Shown in pieces: positions 9,740 to 18,150 of a DNA stretch of 64,000 nt (the stretch's first letter is position 1; the number at the start of each line of letters is the position of its first letter). The DNA lies in NCBI GenBank assembly GCA_003170475.1, contig PMZI01000023.1, positions 95,084-159,083 of the forward strand, read 5' to 3'. The notes under the pieces were generated by a model, which made no database searches, was not told the DNA's origin, and saw only the letters and a program-made list of their open reading frames with translations. Position numbers and translations under genes: made by a program. This stretch comes from Ignavibacteriota bacterium (GTDB lineage Bacteria > Bacteroidota > Ignavibacteria > UBA10030).

Positions 9740-11044
9740 ATGAAGACGCCCCTTGTTTTGCGATATTTCCTGTGGAGTATGCTCATTTTTGCCGTATCGA
9801 TGTTTTGTTTGAGCTTCCGGGTTCTCGATTCACTGCGGTACAAAACGCTCATAACCGGATCGGACATGCGATATGCTTACGGGCAGGATATCAAAGAGAT
9901 CGAGTTTCCATTCCGCGTTCTCCCCATTTGGGGTCCCCAGATTAACCAGGAACAGTATCTCAAAATCGCACGGAATCTTGTTCATCGGCTCAAGTCCGCC
10001 GGTGCCAAGGTCGTCATCGTTCCTGTCCCAGATTTCTTCATGCTTTCCCCGCAAACCAACAAGACTCTAGAGCAGATCGAAGCTGACAGCATTGTTGTCT
10101 TCGGCGCTCCGGGTGCGTTCAATTCTCTCTTGCCCTGGGAGCGTGATCTTCAAATTGAAAACAAGAATGCGTGGTGGGCGAAGCATCCGTTTTCCAACCG
10201 CACGAAAGTGCCCTGGGGAGTCATGTCGCCGGCCATCAGAGAGAATAGTCCCCTCGTTCGTTTCGTTCCTGTTGGATTCAGGGAAAACGACACCGGCGAG
10301 CCCGTGTCCGACGTAGCGACCGTCGCCCTGAGGCGATTCTTTGGCATCCCTGATTGCGAAGAACTCCCGTTTTCGCGCTCACGCCTCCTCATCGGGCCAC
10401 TGAGCATTTTGATTGCCCAGGATGGAGTCTCTTACATTCGGCTTGCTCACCAGCCGAGACGACAGTCGGAGATTTCCGTCGCTGTCAACTACGCGACGGA
10501 CTCTCTGGAATACTATCCCGCCTGGGACCAATCTCGCCACACCACAATCACCACCGAGGAAGCATGGCTCAATCATAAAGGAAGCATCGTGATGCTTGAC
10601 TGGAATGGCGCTTATCGAAACCAGAGTGTATACTACGGATGGGCATATCAGCAAATCTTTGGTTCGGCGTTCAGCGGTGCGTTTCTTACCACTCACAACG
10701 AATGGAACGTGTTGCTCATCACCACCATTGTTGTCTTACTCTCCGTTTTTAGTTATGCATTCCGTAACGGTTTGACGGTATTGATTTCCTTCTTACTTGC
10801 CGTTGCTGTTGTTCTTATCAGCGTGTGGTTGTTTATCAGCTACAACGTTTTGTTCGAACCGATCTACATTGTCGTGCCTATTGTGCTTTGCGGATTCATC
10901 CTGCCTTTGGTGAAACTCTCGGGAGAAAAACGCATCGCTGAGGAAAAAATCAAAAGTCTCGAAGAGGAAAACCAACGCCTCCTTGACCTCCAGCGCTCTG
11001 TTTCGCCTCACATACTGCCCTCACCCAACAGAAAGATGCAATGA
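9740..11044 (+). CDS. Membrane protein with CHASE2-like extracytoplasmic domain, 3 C-terminal TM helices and a short coiled coil; no output domain
   Basis: N-terminal TM; ARNLVHRLKSAGAKVVIV resembles the CHASE2 N-terminal motif; three TMs, then EKRIAEEKIKSLEEENQRL and a stop. Confidence 0.65.
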   Translation: MKTPLVLRYFLWSMLIFAVSMFCLSFRVLDSLRYKTLITGSDMRYAYGQDIKEIEFPFRVLPIWGPQINQEQYLKIARNLVHRLKSAGAKVVIVPVPDFFMLSPQTNKTLEQIEADSIVVFGAPGAFNSLLPWERDLQIENKNAWWAKHPFSNRTKVPWGVMSPAIRENSPLVRFVPVGFRENDTGEPVSDVATVALRRFFGIPDCEELPFSRSRLLIGPLSILIAQDGVSYIRLAHQPRRQSEISVAVNYATDSLEYYPAWDQSRHTTITTEEAWLNHKGSIVMLDWNGAYRNQSVYYGWAYQQIFGSAFSGAFLTTHNEWNVLLITTIVVLLSVFSYAFRNGLTVLISFLLAVAVVLISVWLFISYNVLFEPIYIVVPIVLCGFILPLVKLSGEKRIAEEKIKSLEEENQRLLDLQRSVSPHILPSPNRKMQ

Positions 11045-12039
11045 TAGCGGTCTTTGTCGATTTCCTGGCCCTTGTTCTCTCTTTTCTTATCCTTCGGCGG
11101 ATCAGCCTGAAGCACGACGAAACCCGCTTTTCCGGTGTGGAGTCTTTCTTTGTCGGGCTGCTGGCCTGGGTTTTTCTCTTTTCGGTTTCGGGTTGGGGAT
11201 TTCTTGGACTCTACCTCACCTACCTTTTGCTGTCCGAGAGGGTTCTCGCTGCTATCTTTGGTTTGATGTTCATCGGTATGGCCAGCGGATTCGCTTTGCA
11301 GGCGAATGAGATCCTCGACACGTCCACCGTCGTTCAGTTTCTCCGCAGGGCTCTTGTCTTCCGCCCAACAAAACCCCATTCCCTCATTTTTGAAGAAGAG
11401 CTCGATAAGAAAAGGGTGCGCGACATTCACGCCGAGACTTCAGACAAGGCCTTTCCGACGATGGGGGGTCAGAAACAGCTTTTGAGTAAAGAAGAGCTTC
11501 AGCGATTTCAGAAGGATTTGGCCTCTCCCAGGGAGCGCCCCCCCCGCTCCATGCGGTTCGAAGAAGAGGTGCAACAGTTGAAGACCGGTCACGTTGTCCA
11601 CCTCACTGATCCATGGAAAATCTATAACTTCAACCAGACATTGCATGAGTTCTATACTGAGATGTTCGAACTTGAAATTGATCCGGCGACGCGAACGTTT
11701 CAGTTCAGATTGAACATCCATGCCGCCACAGAGACAGCGCTTCGTGACCCGATGTTTGTGTTCGAACTCAAGCAGGATCTCTATCAACTCCTGCAGGTGT
11801 TGAACACCGATCCGTGGCTCGCGTGGTATTCTGAATTTTTTGACCATATTGTTGTCGTTTGTTTTGGCAACGAGTCCGACGCCTTTGGCAACATGCAGAT
11901 GTATCCGATTCTGCGTATCGACATCGTCCGTTCGCAGTTGACGGATCGAGAGGGAAAATTCTTCAACGCCGCCGATCTACAAACCATTTGTGCGTTCACG
12001 TTCGCAAACGGAAAGCCACTCCCGGAGGAATTACTGTGA
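11041..12039 (+). CDS. Hypothetical membrane protein (3 N-terminal TMs plus a soluble domain)
   Basis: 332-aa ORF with an ATGA overlap on the upstream stop; no family recognised. Confidence 0.75.
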   Translation: MIAVFVDFLALVLSFLILRRISLKHDETRFSGVESFFVGLLAWVFLFSVSGWGFLGLYLTYLLLSERVLAAIFGLMFIGMASGFALQANEILDTSTVVQFLRRALVFRPTKPHSLIFEEELDKKRVRDIHAETSDKAFPTMGGQKQLLSKEELQRFQKDLASPRERPPRSMRFEEEVQQLKTGHVVHLTDPWKIYNFNQTLHEFYTEMFELEIDPATRTFQFRLNIHAATETALRDPMFVFELKQDLYQLLQVLNTDPWLAWYSEFFDHIVVVCFGNESDAFGNMQMYPILRIDIVRSQLTDREGKFFNAADLQTICAFTFANGKPLPEELL

Positions 12040-12926
12040 AACGAATTCTTGCCGTCCTTCTCGTGTTGAGTTTGCTCCCATTTTTCCTTTTTGCTCAGGA
12101 GCCTCCAAAAAAATTCGCCGAGTATGGTGAACTGCTGATCACGCAGCTCTCTTCCGCTCCGTTCCCTCACCCAGGCCGAGCCGCGGGACATACATACGGA
12201 AAGCAGTTTTTTCCGGCCGAGAAACATTACAGTGATAGCAGTGTCGCATTCTTCATACCGCGCGGGTTTCGGCAAACCGAGGCTGTTGACCTCGTTGTGC
12301 ATCTCCATGGTTGGTGGAACAACATCGACACCACCCTCAGCAAATACAAACTGCCGCAACAGCTCTTCGAGAGCGGCAAGAATGTCATTCTCGTTGTTCC
12401 CGAGGGACCTCGCAACGCACCTGACTCGTTTGCAGGGAAACTCGAAGACGCCGGTGGGCTGAAACGTTTCGTCACCGACGTTGTGGATTTCCTTTTCACT
12501 CACGGAAAAATCAAAACGCGTTCTGTAGGGAAGGTCATTCTTTCCGGTCACAGCGGCGCATACCACGGCATCTCGTACGCATTGATGCGCGGCGGAATGG
12601 CCGACGGTGTAAGCGAGGTGTACATCTTCGATGCTCTCTACGGTCAAACGGAGAAATACGCCCACTGGATCGATCGTTACCCTGGAAAAATGATCACCAT
12701 CTATACCGATTCCGGTGGCACAAAAGAAGAAACTGAATTGTTGATGGAAGACCTCGACGGTTGGAAAATCCCCTACCGCGCCGCGGAAGAACGTGCGATT
12801 GTCCCCGACGACCTCCGCGACAATCGACTCGTGTTCATTCACACGGACCTTGAACACGACATGGTGGTCAGCGCGCGCATGGAGTTCCGCGAGTTCTTGA
12901 AGGCAAGCGGTCTTTCAAATCGATAG
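12036..12926 (+). CDS. Secreted alpha/beta-hydrolase-fold protein
   Basis: GTG start overlaps the upstream TGA; signal peptide (KRILAVLLVLSLLPFFLFA-Q), VHLHGW, nucleophile-elbow-like SGHSGAY, IFDALYG and a late His (LEHD). Confidence 0.75.
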   Translation: MKRILAVLLVLSLLPFFLFAQEPPKKFAEYGELLITQLSSAPFPHPGRAAGHTYGKQFFPAEKHYSDSSVAFFIPRGFRQTEAVDLVVHLHGWWNNIDTTLSKYKLPQQLFESGKNVILVVPEGPRNAPDSFAGKLEDAGGLKRFVTDVVDFLFTHGKIKTRSVGKVILSGHSGAYHGISYALMRGGMADGVSEVYIFDALYGQTEKYAHWIDRYPGKMITIYTDSGGTKEETELLMEDLDGWKIPYRAAEERAIVPDDLRDNRLVFIHTDLEHDMVVSARMEFREFLKASGLSNR

Positions 12927-13140
12927 GAGGCGATCGAGACGCGGATGCATTGAAGACCCGTATGGCACAAAAAAGAATAATTCTCAAAATGTTGGAATGA
13001 TATTGACGGCACAGAGTTAACGGCGATTGACAAGAATACTCGTTTCCAACTGATTTGACACTCACGAGGTAGTACCGTACGTTGCGGTATCGGGATTCAC
13101 GAGCTTCGACAAGATTCTCTGGTCCCTCGCGAGGTGCTTT

Positions 13141-13776
13141 ATGGTGTTTATCCTCATTGCTGCGCTCCTTTTGTGCGGCTGCGCTACTGTCCAACCGACC
13201 AACGCACCAGATACATTTCCACAACTGATCAAGCAGGAGCCCCTTCCTGCGTGGCCCTTCCCCACAGTTGACCAAGAAGTATCCATTGAGATCAAGATCC
13301 GAATTGGCAGCGACGGTTCTGTCAAAGATGTTTCCTTTCTCACTCCGAGTTTGAGCAGAGAATGGAACGATCTTGCCCTCGAAAAGATACGCGGATGGAA
13401 ATTTTCTCCCGCGATCGTAGACGGGCACCCCGTGCCCCTTTGGATACGGCAAACCGTCCGGATGAGATTTGAAGAGGCGTCCTTTCTCCGTCTCGCCGAG
13501 ATTGTTTGTCCCGACAAACGCACGGCCGATTCGGTCTATGCGCTCCTGGACGTCGGAGCGCCGTTTGATTCGCTGGCGAGAGTGTTTTCGACTTCCGGTT
13601 CACGTGCACAGGGGGGGCTTCTCGGCGACGTTGATTTGCGTTCGCTGCCACTTTTCGTCCGGCATGAACTCCAGAGGATCCGGACCGACCACTTCACTTC
13701 TCCCATTTTCCTCGGAAGAGACTATGTGATCTATAAGTGCTTACCCGCTCAATCTCTCTCACGCCCTGCCATTTGA
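13141..13776 (+). CDS. Lipoprotein with TonB C-terminal domain fused to a parvulin-like (PpiC) domain
   Basis: Lipobox LLCG-C; TonB_C motifs IRIGSDGSVKDV and WKFSPAIVDGHPV; parvulin-like FDSLARVFS..S...GGLLG. Confidence 0.75.
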   Translation: MVFILIAALLLCGCATVQPTNAPDTFPQLIKQEPLPAWPFPTVDQEVSIEIKIRIGSDGSVKDVSFLTPSLSREWNDLALEKIRGWKFSPAIVDGHPVPLWIRQTVRMRFEEASFLRLAEIVCPDKRTADSVYALLDVGAPFDSLARVFSTSGSRAQGGLLGDVDLRSLPLFVRHELQRIRTDHFTSPIFLGRDYVIYKCLPAQSLSRPAI

Positions 13777-13822
13777 ATCGAGATTTCCATTTTCCTTGGT
13801 TCTTCACGAGCCTCGTCACCAT

Positions 13823-13850
13823 TGAACTTTTTCCTCTTCGTTGCTGTTCA
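13823..13850 (+). promoter_or_regulatory. Putative ECF-sigma promoter upstream of doxX-msrA
   Basis: TGAACT-16 nt-TGTTCA, with the same spacing as the motifs at 30643, 56782 and 57443. Confidence 0.45.
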
Positions 13851-13897
13851 TTCTGACACAGGGATTGCCTTGGACCATTGTATGGAGGACCAATTAA

Positions 13898-14365
13898 ATG
13901 CCGATCTTTCCGCCAGTGTTTAATGACTTGGAGAAAAAACCTGCCGCGTTTGTTCTCATCCGGCTCATCGTCGGCTCCATCTTTCTGTCTGAAGGCCTCC
14001 AAAAGTTCTTGTTCTCAGAATCTCTGGGGGTCGGGCGTTTCATCAAGATCGGAATACCCGCTCCCGAGATCATGGCACCGTTCGTTGGGGTCGTAGAAAT
14101 TGTGTGCGGGACGCTTCTCCTTGTCGGTCTCTTCAGTCAAATCGCGGCTATTCCTCTCATCATCGACATGTTGGTTGCCATCTCAACGACAAAGATCCCG
14201 ATTTTGCTCGACAAGGGATTCTGGGCAATGGCCCATGAAGCCCGGGTGGACTCGTCCATGCTCCTCGGCTCCATTTTCCTGCTTCTCGTTGGCAGTGGTC
14301 GCTGGTCACTGGATGCCATCATTGCCAACAAACAACGGAAGGCTCTCAGGCGGGGGGGTGACTGA
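13898..14365 (+). CDS. DoxX family membrane protein
   Basis: LIRLIVGSIFLSEGLQKF, VGVVEIVCG and GSGRWSLD; GGAGG RBS. Confidence 0.9.
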   Translation: MPIFPPVFNDLEKKPAAFVLIRLIVGSIFLSEGLQKFLFSESLGVGRFIKIGIPAPEIMAPFVGVVEIVCGTLLLVGLFSQIAAIPLIIDMLVAISTTKIPILLDKGFWAMAHEARVDSSMLLGSIFLLLVGSGRWSLDAIIANKQRKALRRGGD

Positions 14366-14962
14366 ATGGCGTTCAAGTCTCTTCACTCTCTGAAACTCAT
14401 CGTGCTGATATTTATTCCTCTGACTTTGTTTGCTCAACAATCCGGAAAGGCGGTTCACATGGAAAAAGCGACATTCGGCGGCGGGTGTTTTTGGTGTGTT
14501 GAGGCGATCTATGAGCGTTTACCGGGAGTTCAATCTGTTCTCTCTGGTTACGCCGGAGGAACAAAGCCAAATCCGACATACGAAGACGTGTGCACAGGCA
14601 AGACCGGTCACGCAGAGGTGGCTCAGATTACCTTCGACCCGACAAAAATAACGTACGAACAGCTGCTCGAGACGTTTTGGAAGGCCCATGACCCGACAAC
14701 CCTGAATCGTCAGGGTGCAGATGTCGGCACGCAATACCGCTCGGTGGTATTCTATCACGATGAGAAACAGAAGGCCGCGGCGGAACGATCAAAAGTTGAA
14801 GCCCAAACATCGTTTGACCAACCCATTGTTACTGAAATCCAACCGTTGAAAGAGTTTTTTCCCGCAGAGAATTATCATCAGGACTACTACCGCAACCATG
14901 CGAATGCTCCCTACTGTACGTTTATTATCAAACCGAAGCTGAAAAAGCTCAAACTCGAGTAA
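14366..14962 (+). CDS. msrA: Peptide-methionine (S)-S-oxide reductase MsrA with N-terminal signal peptide
   Basis: GGCFWCVE active site, TGHAEV, HDPTTLNRQGADVGTQYRS and AENYHQDYY..PYC. Confidence 0.97.
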   Translation: MAFKSLHSLKLIVLIFIPLTLFAQQSGKAVHMEKATFGGGCFWCVEAIYERLPGVQSVLSGYAGGTKPNPTYEDVCTGKTGHAEVAQITFDPTKITYEQLLETFWKAHDPTTLNRQGADVGTQYRSVVFYHDEKQKAAAERSKVEAQTSFDQPIVTEIQPLKEFFPAENYHQDYYRNHANAPYCTFIIKPKLKKLKLE

Positions 14963-15057
14963 CTGCGCGGCACCCGCGTTCCTCCCCGTCGATTGATCGT
15001 TTTCCTCTCGAACATTCGGGAATATTTCCTAAATTGTCCGCGAGCGTATTCTCTCCT

Positions 15058-18000
15058 ATGTCAACCATCCTCGAAAACGACCAAGATTTCGCGTTTGACC
15101 TGCCAAAGTACACCGTTGTCTCCGCTTCTGCCGGATCGGGAAAGACGACGGCGCTCAAGCAGCGTTTTGTTCAGCTGCTTCTTTCGAAGTCGATTCCCGC
15201 GAATGGCCTGAAGAATATTCTCGCGATTACGTTCACGAACAACGCGGCGCGGGAAATGAAGCGCCGCATCCTGGACGCGCTGAAGCTCGCCTCCCTTGGC
15301 GATCCCGGGGCGCTGAATGAATTTCAGGAATTCCTTTCTCTCCGTCCCGCCGAACTGACCCTGCAGGCAGCGTGGATGGTCGACGAAATCCTCGACAACT
15401 ATTCTGATTTTCAGGTCCAGACGATTGATAGTTTTCTTTCCCGCGTATTCAAGGCATCGGCGCTGGAATTGGGTCTCTCACCAGATCTCGAAATTGTGCT
15501 TGACAGCGCTGCGATTCTCGATGACGCCTTTGCACTCTTCGCCCGAGAGTTGAGCGATGGAACAACTTCATCACAACTGGTCAACGATCTCGTACCTCTT
15601 CTCCTCGAAAGCCGTGCAGCTGACGATCGCTTCCTGTGGAACCCGTACTCGGATCTCTCGTCAAAAGTAAAAGATCTTTATCGAAGAGTTCTTCTGACCT
15701 CCAAACTGCTGCGGAAGGAAGATTACTCCGCTGAAATCCGGGAGCGCAGCGAGATTATTGTTCAGCGAATTCAGGCTCTCAACGCGCTTGTTGGCAAGCC
15801 GGGGCTCGTGAAGAGCAAACGGTTTGAAGACTACGTCGCATTCGCGAAGAGTCGAGCAATCAACCAGCTTCTTGAGCGAAAATTTCCTCCGCCGGTAACA
15901 AAAACCGGAAGCACACCCGGCGTTTACCAGCGCGTGCTCGAGGAATCTGCGTCGCTTTGCGAGGAAATCGAACTCCTGCGCCTCCAATTGATCGTGCTCA
16001 AGGCGCGTCAGCACTATCAGCCTTATGCGGAAGCGCTAACTCTCTTTTCAGGATCGATCGAAGCTGTAAAGCGGGAGCAAGGGCGGGTCGCCATTGGTGA
16101 TGTGGTCAAAAGGTTGGCCGACTATTTGAAGCCTGGAAGAGTGACGGAGATCTATTACGGGCTCTCTGAGAACCTGCGTCACTATCTCGTCGATGAGTTC
16201 CAGGATACCAATCCGATTCAATGGGAGAATCTTGAACCACTGATTCGTGATGCTCTCAGTGGAAAGGCAAGCCTGTTCCTCGTCGGGGATACCAAACAGT
16301 CGATTTATGGATTTCGCGGTGCAGACTGGCGAATCATGAAGCATCTCCAGGAGGATGATGTATTCCCGTCGGCAAAAAAGGAACTCCGCTTTTTGAAAAC
16401 GAATTTCCGCAGCTTCGAGCGAATTCTGGACTTCGACAAGGAGGTTTTCAAGCACATTGTTCCGACGAAAGTCGTCAAGGGGGCGGAAAGCGCCAGCGGT
16501 CTTTCGACGGACGATGCGCTTCCAAAGCCCTCCTTCAGAAACAGAGGATATGTTGAGTTGACCGTCATCCCTCCGGATGCACGATTGGATGATCCGGCAC
16601 AATCCCCGCAAAAGCAGAAGCTCATCGAGGTTGTTACCGATTGCATCAACCGGGGCTACAGAAAATCCGATATCACCATCCTGTCGCCGCGAAACAGCGA
16701 CATCATCGAGGTGAGCGGGTGGTTGAACGAACGGCACCTCCCCTTTGTCTCCCACAGCAGCCTCGATGTGCGGAGCCGCAAGATCACCGGCGAACTTCTC
16801 GCATTGCTGCAATTCCTCGAATCACCCATCGATGATCTCGCATTCGCCACATTCTTGCTGGGCGATATCGTTCAGCACCTCCTCAAGCAGGGCGGCAACC
16901 CGGTCAACCGCACAGTACTCCTCGATTTTCTTTTCGGTCATTGCCTTGATCGCAGACGTGGTCATCCTCTCTACATCGGTTTCCGCGACGCCTTTCCCGG
17001 TCTTTGGCGGCAGCACTTTGAGGAAACCTTCAATGTCGTTGGTTACCTGCCCGTGTATGATTTGCTTTCCGAGATATACAAAACATTCAATCTCTTTGCT
17101 CTCTTCCCGGATGAAGAAGCAACATTGGTCAAGATTCTTGAAGTCGTCAAAGACTTCGAGGAGAAGGGTGAAAACAGCCTCAAGGGATTTCTTCAATACG
17201 CAGATGATTCCTCCGATGACGCCGACTGGGATATTGACATACCAACCGACATCGACGCCATCAAGGTCATGACAATTCACAAGGCAAAGGGGCTCGAGTC
17301 GAAGGTGGTGATTGTGTTGCTCTATGACTCCAGGCGACGCCCGGGCAGTTTGTATTTCCAGGAAGACGGCGACGAGTTGCGCATGGTACGCCTCACAAAA
17401 AAGGCGGCCGACGAAATTCCAGATCTTTCCGAACTCTATGAGAGGAAAGAAATTGCCGAGGCGGTCGACGAGCTCAATAAACTCTACGTGGCTCTGACCA
17501 GGGCAGAGCAGGAAATGTACGTGATCAGTGTGCAGTCTGACCACGCCAAGAGCCCCTCGGAGCTGTTGCCGGAACATGGATTCGACGCAAAGCAGAAACC
17601 GGCCGTTGAGCGCCGCGCCCCTAAGATCGAAACAAGCGTACCGCTGTACCATGCCCCGCCGCACGCTGCGGTTCGCCCTGTGGAGTATGCAGGCATCGCA
17701 CTCCGCGAAACCCGACGGGGAGATTTCTTCCATGCCGTGCTCCAGTCGATCATGTATATCGACGATTCCTTGGAACAACAACTCGCCGAGGCAATTGAAT
17801 TTGCTCAGCTTCTCGCTCCATTTGAAGTCACGGCCTCTGAGTCCAACGAGGTATTTCTTGCGGCGCTCCGCATTCCCGCCGTTGAGCAGTACTACGTCAA
17901 GAAGGAGGGTCGGATTGTTTTGAATGAACAGGAATTCGCTGCGTCCGACGGCTCTCTCGTGCGCATGGACCGGGTTGTTGTCGATTCCGACCTTGTGACT

Positions 18001-18150
18001 GTCATCGATTACAAGACCGGCGAAGAAAAGCCGGGGCATACTGAACAAATCGCGAAGTACCTGGGCATTCTACGAGATTTCTATACGGATCGGAATATTC
18101 AAGGGGTGCTCCTGTACATCGATCGAAAACACATTCGCATCATCTCGTGA
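15058..18150 (+). CDS. addA: AddA-like UvrD-family helicase with C-terminal PD-(D/E)XK nuclease
   Basis: ASAGSGKT, ILAITFTNNAAREMK, VDEFQDT, VGDTKQSIYGFRG, TIHKAKGLE, LYVALTRA and RMDRV..IDYKTG. Confidence 0.88.
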   Translation: MSTILENDQDFAFDLPKYTVVSASAGSGKTTALKQRFVQLLLSKSIPANGLKNILAITFTNNAAREMKRRILDALKLASLGDPGALNEFQEFLSLRPAELTLQAAWMVDEILDNYSDFQVQTIDSFLSRVFKASALELGLSPDLEIVLDSAAILDDAFALFARELSDGTTSSQLVNDLVPLLLESRAADDRFLWNPYSDLSSKVKDLYRRVLLTSKLLRKEDYSAEIRERSEIIVQRIQALNALVGKPGLVKSKRFEDYVAFAKSRAINQLLERKFPPPVTKTGSTPGVYQRVLEESASLCEEIELLRLQLIVLKARQHYQPYAEALTLFSGSIEAVKREQGRVAIGDVVKRLADYLKPGRVTEIYYGLSENLRHYLVDEFQDTNPIQWENLEPLIRDALSGKASLFLVGDTKQSIYGFRGADWRIMKHLQEDDVFPSAKKELRFLKTNFRSFERILDFDKEVFKHIVPTKVVKGAESASGLSTDDALPKPSFRNRGYVELTVIPPDARLDDPAQSPQKQKLIEVVTDCINRGYRKSDITILSPRNSDIIEVSGWLNERHLPFVSHSSLDVRSRKITGELLALLQFLESPIDDLAFATFLLGDIVQHLLKQGGNPVNRTVLLDFLFGHCLDRRRGHPLYIGFRDAFPGLWRQHFEETFNVVGYLPVYDLLSEIYKTFNLFALFPDEEATLVKILEVVKDFEEKGENSLKGFLQYADDSSDDADWDIDIPTDIDAIKVMTIHKAKGLESKVVIVLLYDSRRRPGSLYFQEDGDELRMVRLTKKAADEIPDLSELYERKEIAEAVDELNKLYVALTRAEQEMYVISVQSDHAKSPSELLPEHGFDAKQKPAVERRAPKIETSVPLYHAPPHAAVRPVEYAGIALRETRRGDFFHAVLQSIMYIDDSLEQQLAEAIEFAQLLAPFEVTASESNEVFLAALRIPAVEQYYVKKEGRIVLNEQEFAASDGSLVRMDRVVVDSDLVTVIDYKTGEEKPGHTEQIAKYLGILRDFYTDRNIQGVLLYIDRKHIRIIS

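Noticed and set aside
14363-14368. In-frame TGA-ATG between doxX and msrA as selenocysteine or readthrough fusion
   Set aside because: The TGA is not at a catalytic Cys position, no SECIS-like hairpin is evident after it, and MsrA has its own signal peptide and a normal GCFWC site.
16822-18048. Long antisense ORFs (408 aa here; also 11784-12857, 39767-40678, 45609-46514, 38388-39275)
   Set aside because: They lie opposite well-supported genes, have no recognisable motifs, and are expected shadows of codon bias.
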